Source: an uncultured Gammaproteobacteria bacterium
Lineage (GTDB): Bacteria; Patescibacteriota; Patescibacteriia; 2-12-FULL-60-25
NCBI GenBank assembly: GCA_964474805.1
Contig: CAYYTQ010000003.1
Span: forward strand, 8,343 to 72,342
Length of the DNA stretch: 64,000 nucleotides
Direction: 5' to 3'
Under the pieces are notes generated by a model. The model searched no databases and had not been told where the DNA came from. It was given only the letters and a program-made list of their open reading frames with translations. Each line of letters begins with the position of its first letter. Position 1 is the stretch's first letter. Positions 17,309-26,391 of this stretch are shown here, piece after piece. The position numbers and the translations under genes are program-made.

Positions 17309-19094
17309 ATACCCTGGGGCGAGTAGAAAACACGTGGACGCCGGCATGGGATTGCAGCCAAAGTTCCAGACAATACAAGATCCAAATTCCATAAAATCCA
17401 CGGTCATCGCCCTTTTCGTAGAATCGCTTAAGGAGGCGCTTGACCGGGGCACGGTCAAAACGGCGATATAGCTCAGCCTGGGAAGAACCAAGGACTGTTT
17501 GGACATCCTGCTGAAAAGAAGGCTGCTTCAGCCAGGTCCGCACGGGCGCACCAAACCCCTGCTTACGGCGGTATACGAAAGCTAGAGGCATCGTCTCGGC
17601 AAGGATTTCTTTCAAGATGATCTTGCTCTGTGTCCGTGTGGCCTTGTACTCGGTAGGCAGATTATAGGCAAATTCGACCAGCTCACGATCGAGGAACGGC
17701 GAACGGACCTCGAGAGAATGCATCATGCCCATGCGATCGGCCTTGGTGAGCAACTGACCGGGAAGATAGGTCGTGAAATCGAACAGGTTAATCTTTTCGA
17801 CAGAAGAGAGGGTCGATTGGCGCAGTTGCTCGCTGAGAATATCCGCACTTCCCGCTTCAGAACCGAGGAGACGTTTTCGTTCAGCCCGCGAGAAGACTTC
17901 GATATTTTTCAGAAAGCCGGAAAATGGGTCACCGAAAACCTTCTCGAAGAAGTGGTGGCGATAGGAAAGATTCAGGTGGCGAGTATGCCAGCCGTAGCCC
18001 AAGAAAAGCTCGTCTGCCCCATCGCCGGCAAGAGCAACCTTCACCTGGGAAGCGGCGAAACGCGACAAGAGATGCTGGGGAAAATCCGAGGAGTCCGCGT
18101 GCGGCTCATCATAATAGGCCATGACGGCGCGGAGCTCACCGACCATATCATCCGTAGCCTGCAAGGTGCGATGGTCGGAGCCGATCTTGTCGGCGGCCTC
18201 GCGTGCAAACGGGAGCTCGTTGATGTAGTCCTGGTAGCCTAGTGAGAAGGTCTTGATCGGTTGGGGAAGGAAGGACTGGGCGAGGAGCGTCACGAGCGTC
18301 GAATCAACCCCGCCGGAAAGGAACGAGCCAATCTCGACATCCGCGACGAGTCGCTTTTGGACGGCGCGGCTGAGCAGGCGCTTGACCTCGGCCTTCGCCT
18401 CATCATAACCGATCACGAGGGGACGTTTTTCCAATCGCCAATAGCGCTTAATCTCCAATCGGCCGTCACGCTGGATGGCGTAAGAGGCGGGCGGAAGCGT
18501 GTGGACGTTCTCATAGATCGTCTGCCAGGGCGGCAGATACATGAGGGTCAAGTATGCGTCGAGCGCCTGGTCGGAGATGCGCCCCTTAATGACGCCGGAA
18601 CGCAGCAAGGCCTTGATCTCCGAGGCGACGTACAGGTTGCCGTCAAGATCGTGCGCGTAGTAAAGAGGTTTCTTCCCAAAGCGGTCGCGGGCGAGGAAGA
18701 GAACCTTTTGGTCCTCATCCCAGAGGGCAAAAGCGAACATCCCATCAAGATGTTCAACGCAGGCGGTGCCGTAGACCTGGTAGACCTTCAAGATAACTTC
18801 AGTATCGGAATCGGTCGCAAAAACGGAGCCTTGGGCTTCAAGAGTGCGGCGAAGCTCGCGATAATTATAGATCTCGCCATTGAAGGTGATCGCCTGGTTG
18901 CGAAGTTGATCCTTCATGGGCTGGTGACCGCCGGCGATGTCGATAATGGAGAGACGAGTCTGACCTAAGAGACACGCAGCAAAACGAAGGACTCCCCGGT
19001 CCTCGGGTCCGCGCCTATCAAGGGTTGCCAAGAGAGGATCGGGATCGATGGAAGAAAGAACGTTCTTTCCATGAATGGCAAGGATGCCGCACAT
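17307..19094 (-). CDS. asnB: Asparagine synthase (glutamine-hydrolysing) family amidotransferase
   Basis: The track ORF runs to 19196. The catalytic N-terminal Met-Cys requires the ATG at 19094 (MCGILAIHGKN...). Motifs: SFLSGGVDSTLV (PP-loop), GDGADELFLGY and FGAPV. A role in glycan amidation (WbpS-like) is inferred from context only. Confidence 0.88.
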   Translation of the reverse strand: MCGILAIHGKNVLSSIDPDPLLATLDRRGPEDRGVLRFAACLLGQTRLSIIDIAGGHQPMKDQLRNQAITFNGEIYNYRELRRTLEAQGSVFATDSDTEVILKVYQVYGTACVEHLDGMFAFALWDEDQKVLFLARDRFGKKPLYYAHDLDGNLYVASEIKALLRSGVIKGRISDQALDAYLTLMYLPPWQTIYENVHTLPPASYAIQRDGRLEIKRYWRLEKRPLVIGYDEAKAEVKRLLSRAVQKRLVADVEIGSFLSGGVDSTLVTLLAQSFLPQPIKTFSLGYQDYINELPFAREAADKIGSDHRTLQATDDMVGELRAVMAYYDEPHADSSDFPQHLLSRFAASQVKVALAGDGADELFLGYGWHTRHLNLSYRHHFFEKVFGDPFSGFLKNIEVFSRAERKRLLGSEAGSADILSEQLRQSTLSSVEKINLFDFTTYLPGQLLTKADRMGMMHSLEVRSPFLDRELVEFAYNLPTEYKATRTQSKIILKEILAETMPLAFVYRRKQGFGAPVRTWLKQPSFQQDVQTVLGSSQAELYRRFDRAPVKRLLKRFYEKGDDRGFYGIWILYCLELWLQSHAGVHVFSTRPRV

Positions 19095-19269
19095 AGGAAA
19101 AAGGGCTAATGAATTACTTTTAATGATCTTCTCCAGCGCGAGCTCCGACGAGCCGCCGCTAGATGGACAATCGAACCAATATACACCGCGATCCATAGGC
19201 GCTCGTGAAGCGCAGCAAATGGTCGGAAGACCGATTCTACGATGTCAAAAATGCCTCGTTCCGCTTGCT

Positions 19270-20211
19270 TCATAATATTGAACCGTGACCCTTCACGGGA
19301 AACAGAGCCTTGGCCAAAAGCGGTTCGCTCTCCCCACCCTGACAATACTCACGAAAGGTATCAGGGTAGTCGGTGCAGACAGCATCAGGAGCGAGACGGG
19401 CAATCTCAGCAAAGCGAGCGTCCCGGCGAACAGGATCCATTCCGTCGGGGTGCGCTTCGCCACCCAACAGACCAGGCGACGTCCCATGAAGCTCCGGCGT
19501 GACCAGAGCAATCTTGAATCCGTGAGCGCGCAAGAGGGCGAAGGTTTCGGGAGTATAGAAGGTCTTTTCGGCCCCATCACGGTCCACGCGATCCCATTCG
19601 TCCAGCCACGCCCATTGATAGAGTGCCTTCTGTTCGATCAATTCCGTGGCCGAAAGGAGCGTTCCGTGCGTACAGGCTTGATACCGCTCGATATCATACG
19701 GATGAGCGACCGAAGCGGCGAGCTGGAGCTCCGGATACGCCGCTCTCAGGTACGCCGCCGACGCAGGCACCAGGTCAAACAGAAAGAACCGTTCGAGCGG
19801 GATATGATGGGCGCGAATCTTGCGAAGAAGTATGTCGAGATAGCGTGTATCATCCTGCCAACAACCCTTGACATGGACAGCGATCAGAGCTCTAGACATC
19901 CGGCTGCTCGCGGGGACATGCAAAAACAAAGTAAACAGTTCGTTGAACGTGGCGAGATGACAGCCGCCAAAGGAGAGGGCGCGCAGTTCCGCCGAGGTCA
20001 GGCTAGCGATCGCACGAGTGTCCGATCCTCCAGACAAGCGCTTCAACGTCGTATCATGCAGAAAAATAATCTCGTTGTCTTTGGTAAATTGCACGTCCAC
20101 TTCCAAGCCAAACCCACGCAACAGCTGATTTTCGAAGGCTTCGTAGGTACTTTCTGGAAAAAAGGGTGCCTTCGCCGGGTCAAGCCCGCGATGGGTGAGG
20201 ACTTGGATCAT
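19270..20211 (-). CDS. Glycerophosphodiester phosphodiesterase (GDPD) family protein
   Basis: 313 aa with MIQVLTHRGLDPAKAPFFPESTYEAFENQLLRGFGLEVDVQFTKDNEIIFLHDTTL, the HRG...E.T..AF...E.D...T.D...HD pattern. Confidence 0.75.
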   Translation of the reverse strand: MIQVLTHRGLDPAKAPFFPESTYEAFENQLLRGFGLEVDVQFTKDNEIIFLHDTTLKRLSGGSDTRAIASLTSAELRALSFGGCHLATFNELFTLFLHVPASSRMSRALIAVHVKGCWQDDTRYLDILLRKIRAHHIPLERFFLFDLVPASAAYLRAAYPELQLAASVAHPYDIERYQACTHGTLLSATELIEQKALYQWAWLDEWDRVDRDGAEKTFYTPETFALLRAHGFKIALVTPELHGTSPGLLGGEAHPDGMDPVRRDARFAEIARLAPDAVCTDYPDTFREYCQGGESEPLLAKALFPVKGHGSIL

Positions 20212-20972
20212 AAAACCAGCTTCCCCTCCTCAACCTGACGAAGGAGCTGTTGAACGTCTTCGGGCGTTCCCAGGCTATGCATCGCCTCGGGAGGAATGTC
20301 GAAGGTCTTAACGCGCTTCCCCTGCAGGATGAGCTCATTATAGACGGGACAGACGTAAAACTCGTTATTATAGCGGACGTTCTTCAGGATCATGGCCTGG
20401 GCCGCACGCACGAAATCGTTCCCTTGGCGGAAGTAGTAGAGGCCGGCCGTGGCACAGTCGGAAATAACCTTCTTTTCGGCAGTCTCGAGGACATCGCCAC
20501 TTGCGCCAACGCGGGCATAGCTCCATTTCGGATGACTGGCACGGAACGTGAGAATGGTTCCGTCCGCTCCCCCATCCGAAGCTGCGCGCAAGAATGCCTC
20601 GACATCAAACCGGATAAATTGGTCAGCGTTTGCTACCAAGAGCGGCTGATCGGAATTGATCTGCTCGATTGCGGCCAGGACTGTACAGGCAGCGCCCTCC
20701 GTGAGTCCATGCAGCTTGACTACCTCGAACGCGTCGCCGGTCGCGCGCTTGAAGACGTTATGTAGATCGTATTTTTCATATTGTTCGCGCTGGCAGACAA
20801 AAATAAAACGATGCTCGACCTGGGGACGGATATTCTTCACAACCAGCTCGATCATGGTCTGGCCCTGGATATCGACCAAGGCCTTGGGAAAGGCGTAGCC
20901 CGCTTCTTTGAATTTCGTCCCCAAGCCAGCCAACGGAACGACGATGTTCAAGCGCTTTGCTTCTATACTCAT
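20208..20972 (-). CDS. Sugar-phosphate nucleotidyltransferase-like protein
   Basis: 254 aa with LNIVVPLAGLGTKFKEAGYAFPKALVDIQGQTMIE, a G-x-G-T-[RK] NTP_transferase N-terminus. 4-nt overlaps with both neighbouring genes. Confidence 0.75.
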   Translation of the reverse strand: MSIEAKRLNIVVPLAGLGTKFKEAGYAFPKALVDIQGQTMIELVVKNIRPQVEHRFIFVCQREQYEKYDLHNVFKRATGDAFEVVKLHGLTEGAACTVLAAIEQINSDQPLLVANADQFIRFDVEAFLRAASDGGADGTILTFRASHPKWSYARVGASGDVLETAEKKVISDCATAGLYYFRQGNDFVRAAQAMILKNVRYNNEFYVCPVYNELILQGKRVKTFDIPPEAMHSLGTPEDVQQLLRQVEEGKLVL

Positions 20973-21802
20973 ACATCAGAAGGATTCAGCTTTGGACAAT
21001 GGGTCAAAAAATATTCCAAGTCAGCGGGTGTACCGAGGCCCCAAACCTCAGGGAGCATGGCAGCATGCACGACGTGGCCGGCCTCGATCAATTCCTGGTA
21101 CAAGGGAGCGACATAGAATTCCCGCTTCCCTTCTTCGCCAAAGAGCTTGTTCTCACGCTCAACTCGCTCGAACGTGCGAAAGCAGTCACCCGCCCGACGG
21201 AAATAGTAAGCCCCAATATTTGCGCGCGCACCAGCTTCCATGAGTTCGCGGTCCTTTTCGCCAACCTTGGTAATGCGGTCGGTCCCCTCTTCGATCAGGG
21301 AGTAGCTCCAACGCGGGATGCCGTCGTTCGGGGGAACGAAGGTTGGAATGACACCAGAACTCCCAGCCTCACGATGCGCCAAGATTGCCTCTGCAAAAGG
21401 ACGGCCATCAAAGAAATGGTCAGAATCGGTGACGATGATCTCTTCTTCCGGATCGACCAAAAGCTTTGCTTGGTAGACTGTCTCGGAAGCACCGCGGGTA
21501 AGGGCCGGTAAGACGATGACACGGATCGCGTTAGAATAGATCTGCTTCAGGCCTTCCGTCAGACCGTGGACTCGGTCATGTTCGGCCAAGACCAGGAAGA
21601 TCAGATCTTCCATCCCGACCCGCAACGGCGAATCAGTACGCTGGCCCGGATGTTCGACGAATGGGAGCGAACCGGTTGCCCAACGAACCATTGGCAGGCC
21701 ACGGACGGAAATGAAAGGCTTGGGTTTGCGGAATTCGGGATTCATGTCGGCGACTTTCTGGAAGCGACTCCCCAAACCGGCCATCGGGATGATAAGTTTC
21801 AT
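20969..21802 (-). CDS. Sugar-phosphate nucleotidyltransferase-like protein (second paralog)
   Basis: 277 aa with MKLIIPMAGLGSRFQKVADMNPEFRKPKPFISVRGLPMVRWA. Paralogous to the gene at 20208-20972. Confidence 0.7.
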   Translation of the reverse strand: MKLIIPMAGLGSRFQKVADMNPEFRKPKPFISVRGLPMVRWATGSLPFVEHPGQRTDSPLRVGMEDLIFLVLAEHDRVHGLTEGLKQIYSNAIRVIVLPALTRGASETVYQAKLLVDPEEEIIVTDSDHFFDGRPFAEAILAHREAGSSGVIPTFVPPNDGIPRWSYSLIEEGTDRITKVGEKDRELMEAGARANIGAYYFRRAGDCFRTFERVERENKLFGEEGKREFYVAPLYQELIEAGHVVHAAMLPEVWGLGTPADLEYFLTHCPKLNPSDV

Positions 21803-21814
21803 ATAGAGCCATGG

Positions 21815-22777
21815 CTAGATCGTTTCTTCAGGAAAGGGATACTTATCCCCCTTCACCGAAGGTGTCTTGAAAGCGACATTGGAACCATCTTCGAGACACT
21901 CAAAATCAGCGGGCGTACCCGGTTCGAGATGAACAATGTCTCCCGGCCCAAGGCGTACGCCGTTCATTTTGAAGATACCTGTGACGATGACGGTTATTTC
22001 GTGAGTCATTCGATGCACATGGCGCGCTTCACGATCACCAGCACGGTAGGAACGGACCATCAGCTCGGCTTCCTTAAGCGGGAGAATAGTCGGCGCAAAA
22101 TCGCCCACAATCCAACCGCGCGTGAACTGGTCGAGATGGTGGCGACTCATTCCTCGCGGCAATGAGAGCCGCTCAAACAATGACAGGTTCACGTCATTCA
22201 CGCCCTTCACCTCGTACACGGTCGCGCCACTCGCCTTCGCCGCGGCGATCCCATACGGAGAGTCCTCGACGATGATGCATTCCCCCGGCTGGACACCGAG
22301 ACGCTGGAAGGCTGTCAGGTAAATTTCGGGATGGGGCTTTGGTTGGGAGATCTCATCGTTCCCCAAGACGAGGTCGAACAGGTCAAAGAGGCCTGCAGAG
22401 CGCAGCATTAGGTGGAGCGTCTCGCGGACGGAATTGGAGCAGCAGGCCAAGCGATAGCCTTGTGACTTCAGGTGCCGCAACAGAATGATCTTCGAATAAT
22501 CCGGTGGACAGTACTTCGGGATCAGCTCTTTTGTATAATTCTGCTTAACCTCATTGAGGAAATCCTTGAGCCCAGCCGGGAGACGACCTTGACGTTCAAG
22601 TTCGTCAATCTTTTTCTTCGTTGGCAGGCCGTTAAAAAGCTTGTAGTGCTCATCCTCATCGATGCGCACGCCGAAGAGAGCTAAGGCCTTATTCAGGGCC
22701 TCATAGTGGCCTGCGGGCATGTCAACCAAGACCCCATCGAGGTCAAAGAGGATGGCCTTGTACGGAGAGCAGTTCAT
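21815..22777 (-). CDS. HAD-superfamily phosphatase/phosphomutase fused to a C-terminal cupin domain
   Basis: 320 aa. HAD motif I is ILFDLDGVLVDM, motif II is CCSNS and motif IV is IIVEDSPYGIAAAKASGA. The C-terminal ~110 aa look like a cupin with ARHVHRMTHEITVIVTG...GPGDIVHLEPG. Confidence 0.75.
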   Translation of the reverse strand: MNCSPYKAILFDLDGVLVDMPAGHYEALNKALALFGVRIDEDEHYKLFNGLPTKKKIDELERQGRLPAGLKDFLNEVKQNYTKELIPKYCPPDYSKIILLRHLKSQGYRLACCSNSVRETLHLMLRSAGLFDLFDLVLGNDEISQPKPHPEIYLTAFQRLGVQPGECIIVEDSPYGIAAAKASGATVYEVKGVNDVNLSLFERLSLPRGMSRHHLDQFTRGWIVGDFAPTILPLKEAELMVRSYRAGDREARHVHRMTHEITVIVTGIFKMNGVRLGPGDIVHLEPGTPADFECLEDGSNVAFKTPSVKGDKYPFPEETI

Positions 22778-25107
22778 AGAATACGGGTCGTACCGAGGAG
22801 ATATCGGTTACGCTCAGCCGGAATGTACAGCATGGCGTAGTCATGCCAGGAAATCCGGGGATGGTCAATGACGACACGGTCAAAATAGGGACGATTTGGG
22901 ACGCCGCCAAACGCATGCTGATACGTAAGCAGGTACCCATCTGGATCGACGGTAGAAAGAATTTCATCGCGCAGCGAAACCGGGGCTTCGCTCAATGACC
23001 AAGTCGCGATTAGAAGCCTCTTCGCTGAAGACGGAAGTGCCGCGAGCAGGCGCTTCAGGACCGTCAAATCGCTCACTTGAACAATCGCAGGAGCCCGCAA
23101 GATCTCGGGCTGGACCTCGATGGGCGCAGGGACATCAGCAAGCGTGAGATAGAAGCGCTGTAAGGCGAGGAATTCGGGCCAATCGAAGATGATATACGTC
23201 CCACGGAATCCCAAGCCTTGAATGAGGCGAGCCATCGAACCGTAACCGCCGCCAAAATCCACAATGACATTGAAATCCGTCGGAACGGCTCCGGTCTTCT
23301 GATAAAACTGTGCCACATGAACGGCCTGGCGGACTGCATTTTCGCTGGTTTCGGGCCACGCAAAGAACGGTTGGCGGTTCGTCGACAATGGTTCGCGCAA
23401 GGCGGCCTGGAATTTCTCCCACAACGGCGAACGCTTCAGAAAGCGCAGGTCACGCGTATTGGCGCGGTACCCCATGTTGCTGCGGATGACTTCCCACGAC
23501 AGAAAGTGGCGTGGGTCGTCATTCAGGCTGCGTTCGCGTAACATTTGTGTAAACAGCCGCCATTTCTTGGCAGGCGGATCGAGCGGAAGCATCGGATCGG
23601 TGGGAGTAAGAACCTCCAGGTCGCTCCGGAGACGAGCGATCGCAGCGCGTTCACGATCAGTCGGTTCAGCGAGGGCGAACGGAGACGATTGAGCATCCTG
23701 AAAACGGCGCTTCCGCCAGGCATCGACGGGATGTGTGTCCAGTAGCAAGGTAACAGCCCTCTTCCAGGCATGCTTCCAGACATACGAAGCGATCCGAGAA
23801 AGGAGACGAGAAACTCGCTGGCCGACACGTCGAATTTCCGCCTTAACCAAACACCAACCACCGCGCAGAACATACCAGACCCATTGCCGGCGGCGAGTCA
23901 CCGAATCAAGCAAAGGGCGCGTCAAGGCAAGAACAGGGAGCGGATCCTCTTGCCGATATAAGCGATAGCAAGCCTCGGCAAGGTCGGGGGCGGCGGGCGT
24001 ACGAACCCCATGTCGGGCCTCATGCAAGCGGGAAACAATGACCGCCAGGGCACGAGCGATCACGGGATAGCTGTAATGACGAATAACAAACTCACACCCT
24101 GTCGCCGCTAAGGTCGCCAGACGCTTCTGATCCTGTAGTGCATTCTCGACCTGCTTGCGAAAATCCGGAATCGACCCCTCCGCGTGCATGAGACAATTTA
24201 CGCCATTCTGAAACCCAAAATCTCGGAAGCACGCATGATCCGAACAGACCATCACCGCGCCGGACGCAGGCCCCTCAAATGCTTTCGCACTCGGAAAGAA
24301 AAAAATGGATTCATCCGAAGTGAACAGTTGGTATGCGTTTAGTTTGGCGACCATGTCATAGTCGTAGTCACGATACCGCGGAAATTCAGGCAGCATCGAA
24401 TCCATGACAGGAGCAAGCTCATGCTTGTTCTCGACCAACTGGCGGCGGAAAGCGTGGAACCAGGCTTGCGGATGATGGAAATCGGCGACCTCTTGCCAAT
24501 TTTTCGGATCGATGCCCGCGAAGCGCAAGGGACGAACACTCCCAACGGCGACGCATTTCTGTATACGATCATGGAACGGTCTGATTTCGCGGAATCGCGG
24601 AGCAAAGCCGAACGGTAACGGAATTACGCGTCCTATGAACTCCGGAGCAAAACGCTTGAAATAAGCACAATACCGGTCCGGGCTTCCATAGCCAAAGACA
24701 TAGTCGATGCCATACTCCTTGAGGCGGGTGGCTTTCACACTGAGCGGCTCGCCCCAAAAATAATCCATCAAATGAAAAATCTTGAGACCCTTAAATCGCT
24801 TGACGGCCGGCGTGAAATCTTCCGGAAGAGAGCTGAAACTCAACAGGACGTCGCATTCCGCGTGCAAATCCTCTTCACGAAAGAGAATTTTGATACGGTC
24901 GAGACCGAGGGCCTTCCACCCATACCGCTTGCGGAGGGCGACAAAGGCCTCCGTCGGGAATGGGTCTTCGTCAAAATAGAGATAGGAAACGGCTCCACTA
25001 CGCAGCAATTCCGCGATATACCCGTGGAACGCGAAGCCCGTGATACCTGTCCGGTGGAGGTTACGGATAGCGATATTCATAGCGTGTGTTTGGAGAGATA
25101 GACACAA
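22774..25107 (-). CDS. Large bifunctional-looking protein: N-terminal CgeB/GT1-like glycosyltransferase domain plus C-terminal sugar O-methyltransferase-like domain
   Basis: 777 aa, with an alternative start at ATG 25080 (MNIAIRNL). The N-terminal half has FPSAKAFEGPASGAVMVCSD (Glyco_trans_1_2-like). The C-terminal third has a SAM motif I-like IVDFGGGYGSMARLIQGLGFRGTYIIFDWPEF. Domain calls rest on motifs only. Confidence 0.6.
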   Translation of the reverse strand: MCLSLQTHAMNIAIRNLHRTGITGFAFHGYIAELLRSGAVSYLYFDEDPFPTEAFVALRKRYGWKALGLDRIKILFREEDLHAECDVLLSFSSLPEDFTPAVKRFKGLKIFHLMDYFWGEPLSVKATRLKEYGIDYVFGYGSPDRYCAYFKRFAPEFIGRVIPLPFGFAPRFREIRPFHDRIQKCVAVGSVRPLRFAGIDPKNWQEVADFHHPQAWFHAFRRQLVENKHELAPVMDSMLPEFPRYRDYDYDMVAKLNAYQLFTSDESIFFFPSAKAFEGPASGAVMVCSDHACFRDFGFQNGVNCLMHAEGSIPDFRKQVENALQDQKRLATLAATGCEFVIRHYSYPVIARALAVIVSRLHEARHGVRTPAAPDLAEACYRLYRQEDPLPVLALTRPLLDSVTRRRQWVWYVLRGGWCLVKAEIRRVGQRVSRLLSRIASYVWKHAWKRAVTLLLDTHPVDAWRKRRFQDAQSSPFALAEPTDRERAAIARLRSDLEVLTPTDPMLPLDPPAKKWRLFTQMLRERSLNDDPRHFLSWEVIRSNMGYRANTRDLRFLKRSPLWEKFQAALREPLSTNRQPFFAWPETSENAVRQAVHVAQFYQKTGAVPTDFNVIVDFGGGYGSMARLIQGLGFRGTYIIFDWPEFLALQRFYLTLADVPAPIEVQPEILRAPAIVQVSDLTVLKRLLAALPSSAKRLLIATWSLSEAPVSLRDEILSTVDPDGYLLTYQHAFGGVPNRPYFDRVVIDHPRISWHDYAMLYIPAERNRYLLGTTRIL

Positions 25108-25113
25108 GCAAAA

Positions 25114-26385
25114 TCAAGCCCCGTCAGGGACAGACCAATCTGGACGCAGGAATCCTGGGCTATTACTGTCAGAAATACGGAAGCGGCGGCCCAAGCCGGC
25201 AATATTCTCAACACGGAAGATGAGCGATCCCTCATCCTTCACGATGCGCTTGCTGTTGTGGATGCCAATATCCATCTCAATCTTGTAGATACCCTGGTAT
25301 AGCGTATTCGCAGGAATAATGAAGCGTTTTTTGAATGGGCCGGGCTGCAGCCGCGGCGCGATCGTCTCTTCACGGTCATCGTAGAGGGTGTAAGCCAAGC
25401 GCTGGCTCAGGCCAGAATAGAGGGAAAAACCGAAGATCAGGTCATCAACCGGCTTCAAAATTTCGGCTTCGATGCAGACCTCGATCGGTGCCGCGGTGTG
25501 CAGAATGCCCATATTTTCAGCATCCAGACTCTTAATGGAAGTTCGTGTCAAGCGAACTTGGTCGTCACCGGCGACCCCCTCCCACTGCTGCTGATCCCCA
25601 CTCTTGTACTCATCTGCATAGGCCTCCAGAACCTCGGCCGTCGTCCCGACCATTCGCAACCGACCCTTTTCGAGGAAGATGCACTTCTTGCAAAGGCGCT
25701 GGATGGCGGCAAGGTTATGACTCACAAACAAGATCGTCCGCCCTTCGGCTTTCGTAACCTCTTCCATCTTGCCGAGACATTTTTTTTGGAATTCAACGTC
25801 ACCCACAGCCAAGACCTCGTCGACAAGCAGAATGTCCGGCTCCATATGCGCCGCAACAGAAAAGGCTAAACGTACATACATCCCGCTAGAATAGTATTTA
25901 ACGGGCGTATCCAAAAACTTCTCAATGCCGGCAAAAGCGACAATCTCGTCGAATTTCCGAGTGATCTCACTTTTTGTCATGCCCAAGATGGCGCCGTTCA
26001 GAAAGACGTTCTCGCGACCTGTAAGCTCCGGGTGGAATCCCGTACCAACCTCGAGCAAGGATGCAACGCGGCCACGCATGACGATTTCGCCTTCCGTCGG
26101 CGGCGTAATGCCCGTCAAGATCTTGAGAAGCGTAGATTTACCAGCTCCGTTCGCACCAACGATGCCAACGACCTCCCCCTGAAAAATGTCGCAGCTGATC
26201 TCGCGAAGGGCCCAAAAATCCTCTTTTTTAGCTAAACCGAAGGCCTCTTTCGCCTTCCGAGCAAAGAACGCGAGCGGACGGCGGGCGACACTCGTCAGTA
26301 CATCGCGCAAGGCAATGTAGCCGCCTTTCGGGCGATTAATGTTATAGCGCTTCCCCAACCCGCGCATCTGGATGATCGGTTCCAT
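25114..26385 (-). CDS. wzt: Polysaccharide ABC exporter ATP-binding protein (Wzt/TagH type) with ~170-aa C-terminal extra domain
   Basis: 423 aa. Walker A is GIVGANGAGKSTLLKIL, the signature is YSSGMYVRLAFS and Walker B is ILLVDEVLAVGD. A beta-rich C-terminal extension (aa ~255-423) sits where Wzt glycan-cap-binding domains occur. Confidence 0.9.
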   Translation of the reverse strand: MEPIIQMRGLGKRYNINRPKGGYIALRDVLTSVARRPLAFFARKAKEAFGLAKKEDFWALREISCDIFQGEVVGIVGANGAGKSTLLKILTGITPPTEGEIVMRGRVASLLEVGTGFHPELTGRENVFLNGAILGMTKSEITRKFDEIVAFAGIEKFLDTPVKYYSSGMYVRLAFSVAAHMEPDILLVDEVLAVGDVEFQKKCLGKMEEVTKAEGRTILFVSHNLAAIQRLCKKCIFLEKGRLRMVGTTAEVLEAYADEYKSGDQQQWEGVAGDDQVRLTRTSIKSLDAENMGILHTAAPIEVCIEAEILKPVDDLIFGFSLYSGLSQRLAYTLYDDREETIAPRLQPGPFKKRFIIPANTLYQGIYKIEMDIGIHNSKRIVKDEGSLIFRVENIAGLGRRFRISDSNSPGFLRPDWSVPDGA

Positions 26386-26391
26386 AGAAGA

